Shown one piece after another: positions 1 through 8,042 of a stretch of DNA of 64,000 bases. The position numbers and the translations under genes are program-made. The DNA comes from Candidatus Poribacteria bacterium (lineage in GTDB: Bacteria; Poribacteria; WGA-4E; PCPOR2b): positions 448 to 64,447 of the forward strand of contig JAJEAL010000080.1 in NCBI GenBank assembly GCA_022822785.1, given 5' to 3'. A model generated the notes under the pieces. It ran no database searches. It saw only the letters and a list, made by a program, of their open reading frames with translations, and was not told the DNA's origin. Position 1 is the stretch's first letter, and each line of letters starts with the position of its first letter.

Positions 1-1
1 C

Positions 2-304
2 AATGTCCGTCAACTTGAAAATTACCTGCACAGAATCTTTGTGCTGTCGGAAAATGAGACAATTGACCTTGAGGATCTTCCACCCGAAATTTCGGATAGC
101 TCTTTGCCACCGGGCGATTTTCCTGTGGAAATTCCAGCGGATGGGGTTGCGCTCGAAGAGATTGTGAAGGAATATATTCGGGTGGCATTGACACAGACCG
201 GTGGCAATCAAACCAAAGCCGCCGAGCTTTTGGGAATCTCGCGCCGCAGACTCCAAAATCGAATGCAGAACTACGGATTTAATAGCAGGGATTTCAAGGA
301 TTAG
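2..304 (+). CDS. sigma-54-dependent transcriptional activator, C-terminal part (5-prime truncated by the window edge)
   Basis: The frame is open from the window start and reads NVRQLENYLHRIFVL (end of the sigma54-interaction AAA+ domain). It then carries a C-terminal Fis-type HTH (TQTGGNQTKAAELLGISRRRLQNRM). Confidence 0.75.
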   Translation, partial: NVRQLENYLHRIFVLSENETIDLEDLPPEISDSSLPPGDFPVEIPADGVALEEIVKEYIRVALTQTGGNQTKAAELLGISRRRLQNRMQNYGFNSRDFKD

Positions 305-606
305 AATCGAGTAGAGGTTCTATCATGGATACTTGAATAATCTTATCATACCCGTTAAGCGGCGTCGGTTCACATAACCGATACACAGCCCTGATTAGTT
401 GCCGATTGGTATCGTGTATCGAATACCTTTCCTTGTACGGTAACCACCTTCCGCTGGAATAGTATCCTGCCTAACTCCCATAGGTTACTACGAAAGGCGA
501 CCACGCCCAAACAAATGTCAGGCTGTGGAATAGCCGTTTCGCCACGCTTCTCCCTTTAGGTTTTCTGCTGATAGGGTTAGTCAATGTCAGATGATTGGCT
601 AACTAA

Positions 607-2271
607 CTATTCAATCACCGGTAGGGTTAGACGCGTTAGATTCCCTCTGCCGTGATGAATTGCGTTACGGGCAGTAACCTGCTCGGTGTTTGACCAGGGT
701 GGTGCTAGAGTATTTGGATGCGGCAGGATGCGAGGGAAGTCGCTGCTAGTAATAAGCAAACAGATTCGGGAACCTGTCGGAAATACATAACCAATCTGTC
801 CCATCTGCAACTGAATTTGGGTAATGCTACCCGATGGAAGTGGTTGTGGATCCGTCCAACTGTCGCGGTAACGACACCGCAGTGAGCCAATTGTCAAGCA
901 TGTCATAGTCCCCGATGGGTCTTCGACACACAATTTAGCGACAAAGTCGGTATCTGCAGCGTCGCTAGAAACGCAAAGATTAAGCGTAATTTCGCCGACT
1001 ACAGTCAACGGTAATTCAAGTTTTTCACTTCGATAAAAGAGGACATCCGGTCGATCAAACAGAGGGCGTTGGTCGACTGGTCCCAAGTGCTCCATACCCC
1101 AGTAGATTGGTCCCCCGTGTGTCGGGACCGGGTCTTGTGGATTATACACATAGCTATCGGTGCTACTGTTGTCCGGCGGCTCCTGTGTCAGTACCCCGTC
1201 ACCGGTTTGCATGTTTGCGCTGCCATCCGACTTGAGATACCATGATTGGGGCGTTGCTTCCGGCGGGGGCCAATCTTGCAAAGAAATCCATCGATTTTCG
1301 CCCATCAGAAAGACTTTCACAGGTGGTTGGCATGTGTAGCCGTTGTCCAACGCTTTCAGATGAAAATCGAGAAACTGAAGTTCGTGTGCAAGGACTGGTA
1401 GATCTGCTTCCGTTCCAAAATCCCAATCACCGTAGCGATAGTGGGTTGGTCCTGTGTTGCCGATATTGCCGTGCCCCCACGGTCCAATGAGGAGACGCTG
1501 TTCGCTTTGTGCCGATTCTGTCCTGCCCTTATCACGGATGTTTCGGTAAGCTTCAAATTGTCCGCGCGTGAGATGATCAAACCAACCCCCGGCATGAAAT
1601 CCTGGGACGCTGATGTCCGGCTGCATCAAGGATTGGTCAATTGATTCCCAATAATCGTCGTAACAGTTGTGAGTAGCCCAATCTAACAGAATGGGCGTCT
1701 CAAAGCCGACGTGACCGGCAATTGCTTCAGGGTTGGCAAGCTGATTGAGCTCCTCCCATGAGAAGTGTGCCATTGGTGGTTGATTGCGACAGGAGGCGTG
1801 CGTCAGGGACCAACGTATGGCATTTCCGAGCGCGAAACAGCCATCGTAGCGAATCCAGTGGCGAAAGAATGAACCGGGAGCGACGGATGGAGCGATGCAG
1901 CGCAACGCCTCATGGCCACCGCTCGCCGCTGGCACTTGAACGATGCCAAGATAACTGCGTCCCCACAATCCAATCTGCCCGTTACACCATCTCTGATTTG
2001 CTGTCCAATCTAGCGTTGCTTGTCCGTCACGCGCTTCGTCAACTAGCGGGACAAAAAGACCGTCGGAGTCGTACTTGCCTCGGCAGTCCTGTGCAACAAA
2101 CGCGTAGCCTCGTTGTGTGAATTGTTGTGCCGTGCCTTGAAGCCCTACCCGATGATAAGGGGTGCGAACAATAACAGTGGGAAATGGTCCCGGCCCATCG
2201 GGGAGGTAGACATCCGTGGCAAGATTCACGCTGTCTTCGGCGGGCACCTGTCGGCATAATAGTGTTTGCAT
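607..2271 (-). CDS. CocE/NonD family hydrolase (S15 X-Pro dipeptidyl-peptidase-like alpha/beta hydrolase)
   Basis: 554 aa. The N-terminus reads NLATDVYLPDGPGPFPTVIVRTPYHR ... AQDCRGKYDSDG, typical of CocE/NonD. There is no signal peptide. Confidence 0.75.
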   Translation of the reverse strand: MQTLLCRQVPAEDSVNLATDVYLPDGPGPFPTVIVRTPYHRVGLQGTAQQFTQRGYAFVAQDCRGKYDSDGLFVPLVDEARDGQATLDWTANQRWCNGQIGLWGRSYLGIVQVPAASGGHEALRCIAPSVAPGSFFRHWIRYDGCFALGNAIRWSLTHASCRNQPPMAHFSWEELNQLANPEAIAGHVGFETPILLDWATHNCYDDYWESIDQSLMQPDISVPGFHAGGWFDHLTRGQFEAYRNIRDKGRTESAQSEQRLLIGPWGHGNIGNTGPTHYRYGDWDFGTEADLPVLAHELQFLDFHLKALDNGYTCQPPVKVFLMGENRWISLQDWPPPEATPQSWYLKSDGSANMQTGDGVLTQEPPDNSSTDSYVYNPQDPVPTHGGPIYWGMEHLGPVDQRPLFDRPDVLFYRSEKLELPLTVVGEITLNLCVSSDAADTDFVAKLCVEDPSGTMTCLTIGSLRCRYRDSWTDPQPLPSGSITQIQLQMGQIGYVFPTGSRICLLITSSDFPRILPHPNTLAPPWSNTEQVTARNAIHHGRGNLTRLTLPVIE

Positions 2272-2395
2272 TGGTGATTCTCCTAACTTTTTCTTTCCAA
2301 TATAGATCAGGAGTTACGCAGTTCAGTTTGTAGTAGCGCAATTCATTGCGCGTTTGGACGGGCGATAAATCGCCCTAACGCAATTCATTTCAAGA

Positions 2396-2424
2396 TTGAC
2401 ACGATGAATGGTAAGTGCTACAAT
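2396..2424 (+). promoter_or_regulatory. sigma70-type promoter (TTGACA-17 bp-TACAAT) for the CNNM/CorC-family gene
   Basis: ttgaca at 2396-2401, an exact 17-nt spacer, tacaat at 2419-2424, about 60 nt upstream of the ATG at 2486. Confidence 0.5.
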
Positions 2425-2474
2425 GAACGGTTAAATGAATTCAAACGAAAGGGCAACCTGAACGGTTAAATGAA
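2424..2474 (+). repeat. two perfect 16-nt direct repeats, tgaacggttaaatgaa, in the 5-prime leader of the CorC-family gene
   Basis: Identical copies at 2424-2439 and 2459-2474. The first starts at the last base of the -10 element and the second ends 11 nt before the ATG. Confidence 0.6.
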
Positions 2475-2485
2475 AGGGATAGCCA

Positions 2486-3496
2486 ATGTTGGTTCTGTGT
2501 ATAGCTATTGGAGTTGTCTTGCTTTCTTCTGCTATCTGTTCTGGATCTGAAGCGGCGCTGTTTTCCGTTCGGCTAGTTAAAGTTCAACGACTCGCTCAAT
2601 CAAAACGGTCCGACGCGCTAGCCCTCCTGTCTATCCGTGAACAGATGAATCGCCCTATTGCAACGATCGTTATTCTCAATAATATCGCTAATATTGTTGG
2701 AACGATTGTCGTGGGTTATCTGGCTTCCAATGTTTTAGGTAATCAATGGTTGGGTTTAGTTTCAGGGGTGCTTACCTTCTTGGTCATCCTCTTCTCGGAA
2801 ATTATTCCCAAAACGCTTGGCGAGCGATATTCAGACCAGATTGCTCTCGTTATTGCTCGGCCCGTTGCTGGATTGACCCGAATTTTAACCCCCTTGGTAT
2901 GGTGCATTGAAAAGATTACTACCCCTTTAACGGCAGGGGGGAACAGCTTCACAACAGATGAGGCTGAGATTAAGTTGCTGGCAAAAATGGGACAAGAAGC
3001 TGGTACGATTGAAGAGGATGAGTTTGAGATGATCCGAAAAATCTTCAATTTGAATGATATGACAGCCGCCGATCTCATGACGCCGAGGGTCGTAATGACA
3101 TACCTAAAGGGTGACTTAACGCTCGCGGAAGCGAAAGCGGACATTCTGACTTCTCCACATAGTCGAATTATCGTCATCGGAGAGACGCTGGATCAGGTCA
3201 CCGGAGTTGCTTTGAAGACCGACTTGCTAGCAGGAGTCATCGAAGGGAAATTAGATCAACCTATCTCACATTTTGTTTATAAGGTCCATTTTGTCCTTGG
3301 ACGAAAACGTGCTAATCAACTTCTGTCAATATTCCAACAAACTCGCCAGCATTTAGCTGTTGTTGTTGATGAATATGGAGGTGTGTCCGGAGTCGTAACG
3401 CTTGAAGACGTGCTAGAAGTCCTCACGGGTCAACTTGTTGATGAAACTGACACGGTTGTTGATTTGCAAGAGTTCGCCCGAAAACATAGCAATTAG
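2486..3496 (+). CDS. CNNM/HlyC/CorC-family membrane protein (DUF21 transmembrane domain plus CBS pair). No C-terminal CorC_HlyC domain is evident.
   Basis: 336 aa. The hydrophobic N-terminal DUF21-like region is followed by a CBS-pair-like region (DLMTPRVVM ... VVDEYGGVSGVVTLEDVLE). Confidence 0.7.
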   Translation: MLVLCIAIGVVLLSSAICSGSEAALFSVRLVKVQRLAQSKRSDALALLSIREQMNRPIATIVILNNIANIVGTIVVGYLASNVLGNQWLGLVSGVLTFLVILFSEIIPKTLGERYSDQIALVIARPVAGLTRILTPLVWCIEKITTPLTAGGNSFTTDEAEIKLLAKMGQEAGTIEEDEFEMIRKIFNLNDMTAADLMTPRVVMTYLKGDLTLAEAKADILTSPHSRIIVIGETLDQVTGVALKTDLLAGVIEGKLDQPISHFVYKVHFVLGRKRANQLLSIFQQTRQHLAVVVDEYGGVSGVVTLEDVLEVLTGQLVDETDTVVDLQEFARKHSN

Positions 3497-3503
3497 CGGT
3501 GCC

Positions 3504-4601
3504 TCAACTCCACGGCGTAGGCTCTCCAACAGGGGCAGGTGCGGGAAACCGACTTGTGACATCAACTGGCACACCCTTGTCGGCGGATTCAAAGATACGC
3601 TCACAGATTTCGAGTACATGTCGGGCGTGTTTCCCTGAGCATCGCACGGGTCGATTATTCCGAATTGCATCGGCAAAATCAGCGGGACCCTTGCCCCAGT
3701 CTAAGCCCTCGTATGCACCTTCGGGAGAATCTTCCACCTCCCAACTGCTTGTGGGTGTGCATTTACGAATTCCCCGCCCATCGTCATGTGCCTGAATCGA
3801 GAAGACACCGTTTGTGCCATGAATTTCGTAGGGTGGGATTTCCGACCTAGCGGTCCAGCTGTGGTAGAGTAGCCCGTAAGCACCGGTCTCAAATTCGAGT
3901 AGTCCGAAACCGTGATCTTTCTCGGTGACTTTATAAGGGGTGCCCGCACGTGGTCCCGCGTGTAAAAGCCGTTCTGGCAGGGTAATCCGAGCGAGACCAT
4001 AAACCCGTTTGACGGGGCCAATCATGGTTGTCATGGCAGTCAACGGGTACGGAGCAACATCCTTGAACGGGCCAACGCCATTGCTCATAAAAGCGTCGGC
4101 GGTGGGATGCCAATACTCAATCGGTCCACCGAAGTTTCCAATGGCAGAAACGACCTCGCCTATTTCCCCTGCGCGAAGGCGTTTCCAAACGTTCTGCTGG
4201 ACGCTACCAAGCATTGCTACCGGTGCACAGGCGAACTTTACTCCCATAGCATCTGCCGTCTCGACTAACTGATCCGCTTCCTCAATGCGTAGGGCGACCG
4301 GCTTTTCTGAATAAACGTGCTTCCCCGCTGTCAGTCCTGCCAAGGACACAGGATAATGTCCCGTATGAATTGTTAAGTTGATTATTGCTTCAACATTGGG
4401 GTCACTCAGAACATCTTCGAGGGATTGATAAACTTTCCCACTAGCATTTTGAGCGAGCGTTTCTGCACGAGTTATATCTTGGTCATAATAGCCGACGAGC
4501 TCGATTTTATGCGGATAGACTTGGCATCGTGGTTGATAGCCTCTGCTTGCAATCATACCACAGCCGACAATGACTGTCTTTACAGGTTTAGAATCGGGCA
4601 T
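3504..4601 (-). CDS. Gfo/Idh/MocA family NAD(P)-dependent oxidoreductase
   Basis: N-terminal Rossmann motif VKTVIVGCGMIA and EKP motif (HVYSEKP), 365 aa. Confidence 0.8.
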   Translation of the reverse strand: MPDSKPVKTVIVGCGMIASRGYQPRCQVYPHKIELVGYYDQDITRAETLAQNASGKVYQSLEDVLSDPNVEAIINLTIHTGHYPVSLAGLTAGKHVYSEKPVALRIEEADQLVETADAMGVKFACAPVAMLGSVQQNVWKRLRAGEIGEVVSAIGNFGGPIEYWHPTADAFMSNGVGPFKDVAPYPLTAMTTMIGPVKRVYGLARITLPERLLHAGPRAGTPYKVTEKDHGFGLLEFETGAYGLLYHSWTARSEIPPYEIHGTNGVFSIQAHDDGRGIRKCTPTSSWEVEDSPEGAYEGLDWGKGPADFADAIRNNRPVRCSGKHARHVLEICERIFESADKGVPVDVTSRFPAPAPVGEPTPWS

Positions 4602-4704
4602 TCCTCCATCTCCTTAAATTAACCTTAAAGTATCAGAATGTTTCGAGTATTATAGCAGATGGTCTTAGGCGGATCAAGAACAGAAAAACGAGAGACAGGA
4701 TAGA

Positions 4705-5256
4705 TTGAAAAGCATGAAAGTAAAGCTACCGTTTGCAGGGGCCCAGATTGATTACATGCAAGAAAGTGACCTGCCGGAGGTGATGGAGATTGAACAGCGT
4801 TCATTCTCCAGTCCGTGGGCGGCAGCGTCGTTTCGTGAGGGATTGAGACAGAGGAACCATCATGTTTACTTTCTAGTCATTCGCCATCATCAAAATCCGA
4901 TTGGGTTTATTAATTTTTGGGTCGTAGAAGATGATGCCCACATTGCAAATTTTGCGGTCTCTCCCGACTATCGGAATCGAGGGGTCGGCAAATACCTATT
5001 TGCACAGTCACTTGCATATATCCAAAAACTGGGAGGCAATCGCGTCTTTTTGGAGGTGCGCGTGAGTAATATAGAAGCACAACATCTCTACAGACAGTTC
5101 GGGTTCAGAATTCTTTCTATCCGAGAAAAATACTATGTGGATAACCATGAAGATGCCTATGTTTTTCGGCTTTCCAATCTTAGAGCGATCGATTTGTGTA
5201 TCGATTCCGCATATCATGTAGATGCCGAGTCTAATACTGACTATAGTGAATTCTAA
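4705..5256 (+). CDS. rimI: GNAT N-acetyltransferase, RimI-like (ribosomal-protein-alanine acetyltransferase)
   Basis: IEQRSFSSPWAAASFREGL ... NFAVSPDYRNRGVGKYLF ... LEVRVSNIEAQHLYRQFGF. The true start may be the ATG near 4750. Confidence 0.7.
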   Translation: MKSMKVKLPFAGAQIDYMQESDLPEVMEIEQRSFSSPWAAASFREGLRQRNHHVYFLVIRHHQNPIGFINFWVVEDDAHIANFAVSPDYRNRGVGKYLFAQSLAYIQKLGGNRVFLEVRVSNIEAQHLYRQFGFRILSIREKYYVDNHEDAYVFRLSNLRAIDLCIDSAYHVDAESNTDYSEF

Positions 5257-5472
5257 AGATAAATAGACGCTTTCGCTCCCCATGTTTGGTAGGCGTTGTT
5301 TTCAACTGCGCCGGTGCAGAGCGTTCAATTAATTCTAAACTTTACTGTAAAAGAGGTCCCCAGTCAATTGGCTCAGCGATTTGTCAAGATTTGGAGCGCG
5401 GTAGCACTTGAAAAGTCGTATGAAGAATTACAATCAACCGTTTAACCGCTAATGGAAAGGAGTCACGATACG

Positions 5473-6372
5473 ATGAGTAAATGCTCTTCTTATGGTGTCA
5501 GGCTGCTGCTCGTGTTGCTGATTGTTGCTAGCTTGACGCCTTCCACAATGGCAGCCGAGCCCAACGGCTTAATCATCATGATAACTGATTTTGGTTTCAA
5601 AGATTTTTACGTCGGTGCAATGAAGGGGGCAATGTATAAGGTTTTTCCACAAGCGAGGATTGACGCGATTTCTCATGGGGTTTCCAAGTTTGATGTTAAG
5701 GAGGGCGCGTATACATTCGCTAAAGCCGCCGTAGAATTTCCGACGGGAACCGTCTTCGTCGGTGTTATCGATCCAGGGGTCGGCACACAACGCAAGCCTA
5801 TTGTGATGAAAACGAAGGATGGAAATTATTTTGTTGCGCCAGATAACGGGCTCTTAACATTGATTGGTGATACAATGGGGGTCGCAGAGGTGCGTGAAAT
5901 CACGAACCGCGCTGTCATGCGGCAGGATGTTCAGTCGAGCACGTTTCATGGCAGGGATATTTTTGGTCCAGCTGCCGCACATCTTGCCAAAGGAATTGCG
6001 TTTGAAAAGATCGGACCTGTTTTGAAGGAGTATGTCCGATTGCCAATTGCGTTTGCAAAGGTGGTTGATGGTGAAGTTGTCGGACAGATTGATGTGATCG
6101 ATGAATACGGAAATGCCATCACAAATATACGTCCGGATCTATTCCAAGAATTGGGGATACAGGTTGGTCAGACTATTGAGGTCGAGTTTGCCAACCAAAG
6201 TAAAATCCACTGCAAATATGTCAAGGCTTACGGCGATGTACCCGTCGGTGATTACGTTGGATTGTTTGGCAGCGGCGGCGTGTTTGAGGTAGCTATCAAC
6301 CAAGGCAATCTTGCCGAGGGATTAAAATTGGAAACTTCAGAGAAGTGTATTGTACGGAGCAGTTCAGACTAA
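5473..6372 (+). CDS. DUF62 family SAM hydroxide adenosyltransferase-like protein with a predicted Sec signal peptide
   Basis: IIMITDFGFKDFYVGAMKG ... VIDPGVGTQRKPIV ... HGRDIFGPAAAHL. The start is chosen at the ATG at 5473, preceded by aaaggag at 5455-5461. The N-terminus MSKCSSYGVRLLLVLLIVASLTPSTMA-AEP looks like a signal peptide. The ORF track starts at 5452. Confidence 0.75.
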   Translation: MSKCSSYGVRLLLVLLIVASLTPSTMAAEPNGLIIMITDFGFKDFYVGAMKGAMYKVFPQARIDAISHGVSKFDVKEGAYTFAKAAVEFPTGTVFVGVIDPGVGTQRKPIVMKTKDGNYFVAPDNGLLTLIGDTMGVAEVREITNRAVMRQDVQSSTFHGRDIFGPAAAHLAKGIAFEKIGPVLKEYVRLPIAFAKVVDGEVVGQIDVIDEYGNAITNIRPDLFQELGIQVGQTIEVEFANQSKIHCKYVKAYGDVPVGDYVGLFGSGGVFEVAINQGNLAEGLKLETSEKCIVRSSSD

Positions 6373-6386
6373 GATAGGGGGCAACG

Positions 6387-6755
6387 ATGAACCGTGTCTT
6401 AACAAGATTAGGCGTCATCGTCATCATTCTGACGGTTATGAGTTTCGCCTGGACGGCTATCAGCAATACTCGAATTCAGCCGGACGATATCGCTGCGATG
6501 TGGCTTTTTGATGAGGTTGACAAAGAGGTAACGAAAGATCTTTCTGGCAATTTACATCATGCGAAAGTAGTAAATAATCCAGAGTTGGTGGAGGGAAAAT
6601 TTGGCAACGCATTTGCCTTTGGAAAGGGCAAATATCTGGAAGTACCACATCATAGAAAGTTGCAGATCAAGACAGAAATAGAGAACCTATTATTTACAGT
6701 TTCCGCATCAGGCAAACTTGCAACCACTTGGGGTACCATCGAACACAGTTGGTAG
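6387..6755 (+). CDS. membrane-anchored LamG_3-like (concanavalin A-like) domain fragment, possibly a truncated gene or pseudogene
   Basis: An N-terminal TM segment is followed by MWLFDEVDKEVTKDLSGNLHHAKVVNNPELVEGKFGNAFAFGKGKYLEVP. This matches the first half of a LamG_3 jellyroll. The ORF stops after about 100 aa of a roughly 180-aa domain. Confidence 0.35.
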   Translation: MNRVLTRLGVIVIILTVMSFAWTAISNTRIQPDDIAAMWLFDEVDKEVTKDLSGNLHHAKVVNNPELVEGKFGNAFAFGKGKYLEVPHHRKLQIKTEIENLLFTVSASGKLATTWGTIEHSW

Positions 6756-6913
6756 GTCGTTCCGCGGTTCAGAAGGGGTTGCGGAGTTGATTACAGGTTT
6801 CCAATTGATTAGCATCTTGGAATTTGATATAATAGACAATATTATCGAACTCTTGACTTGTCAATTTCAAGCTTGGGGTGTAGTTTCCCCCGGTTTCTAA
6901 GGAGATTAAATTT

Positions 6914-7960
6914 ATGGCAAAAACATACCGAGTTGGAATTATTGGTTGCGGGGGAATGGGAAGATCGCACACCAATGCCTGGCCCACCACCGGTCGTGCG
7001 GAAGTGGTAACAGCGGCGGATATGAATCCAGATGCCGCAGCTAGCCTAGCGGCGGAATTTTCACTATCGACGCATTATACCGATGTCCATGAAATGTTTG
7101 AAAAAGAGACGCTGGACATCGTAAGCATTACAACGTGGCAGAGCGTGCGCGCTGAACTCACGTTGATTGCTGCAAACGCAGGAATGTCAGGGGTCCTTGG
7201 TGAGAAACCGATGAGTGCTTCTTACGGTGAAGCGCAGGACATGATGGCCGCTTGTGAGGAGAGTGGTACAAAACTCGTTATCGGACATCAGCGGCGCTTT
7301 ATGCCCCAGAATTGTGAAGCACGGCGACTCATTCAGGAGGGCGCAATCGGCGAACCGCAGGCGATGTTACGCCGTGATGGACTTGGCTTACTCAATCGGG
7401 GTACACACGAAATCGACGAAATGCGCTATCTTCTTGGCGATCCGGAACCGCTGTGGTTAATCGGGCAGGTCTCGCGGCGTACGGATAAGTGGGAACGCCG
7501 GGTCCGCTGTGAAGATGTTTGCATGGGCGAAATTTGCTTTGAAGGCGGTATTCGTGGCATTTACGAAAGTGATTTGCCGGAACCCGGTTTGCGTGGTGAT
7601 GCTGTCTATGGAAGCGATGGTCAACTTAGACGGGGGGCAGATGGGACAATAGAATTGCTTAACAGCAAGGTCGCCGGCTGGCAAACCATCACGCCGCGCC
7701 AGAGTGAACCCAATCAGTTTCAGGAAATGATTGCTTGGCTTGACGGAGAGATTGAGGAACATCGTAATGCAGGGAGACATGCTGCGACTACTATGGCTAT
7801 CCTGATGGCGATTTATGAATCTCTGCGGATTAAGGATGTTGTCGAGTTTCCGCTAACTACGCGCGCCAATCCTCTGGATTTGATGGTTGAAGGTGGTATG
7901 CTGCCTGTATTTGTAGAGGGCCGCTACGATATCCGGGCTCCATTTCCTGAACAGCAGTAG
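6914..7960 (+). CDS. Gfo/Idh/MocA family oxidoreductase
   Basis: YRVGIIGCGGMGRSH ... GEKPMS, 348 aa. The RBS ggagat precedes the ATG. Confidence 0.8.
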   Translation: MAKTYRVGIIGCGGMGRSHTNAWPTTGRAEVVTAADMNPDAAASLAAEFSLSTHYTDVHEMFEKETLDIVSITTWQSVRAELTLIAANAGMSGVLGEKPMSASYGEAQDMMAACEESGTKLVIGHQRRFMPQNCEARRLIQEGAIGEPQAMLRRDGLGLLNRGTHEIDEMRYLLGDPEPLWLIGQVSRRTDKWERRVRCEDVCMGEICFEGGIRGIYESDLPEPGLRGDAVYGSDGQLRRGADGTIELLNSKVAGWQTITPRQSEPNQFQEMIAWLDGEIEEHRNAGRHAATTMAILMAIYESLRIKDVVEFPLTTRANPLDLMVEGGMLPVFVEGRYDIRAPFPEQQ

Positions 7961-8042
7961 CGTTGAGCGTTGTAAGTGTTCGCAGAGGGCAAGAACGCAA
8001 GCGGTGCACTGAAGCCGGGATTTCTAGTATCCTCACTACCTA

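Noticed and set aside
1758-2120. 120-aa plus-strand ORF within the CocE/NonD gene
   Set aside because: It is antisense to the hydrolase frame, Arg-rich, and has no RBS.
5452-5548. Alternative start for the DUF62 gene at the ATG in the track ORF (5452), or at the downstream Met (about 5548) that would remove the signal peptide
   Set aside because: The ATG at 5452 overlaps the SD itself. The downstream Met has no SD. The ATG at 5473 has aaaggag 10 nt upstream, so the signal-peptide form is preferred. Uncertainty is flagged in the findings.
5473-6372. Calling the DUF62 proteins fluorinase/chlorinase-type halogenases
   Set aside because: Both keep the Asp-x6-Arg and His residues that I associate with hydroxide adenosyltransferases, so only the family is reported.
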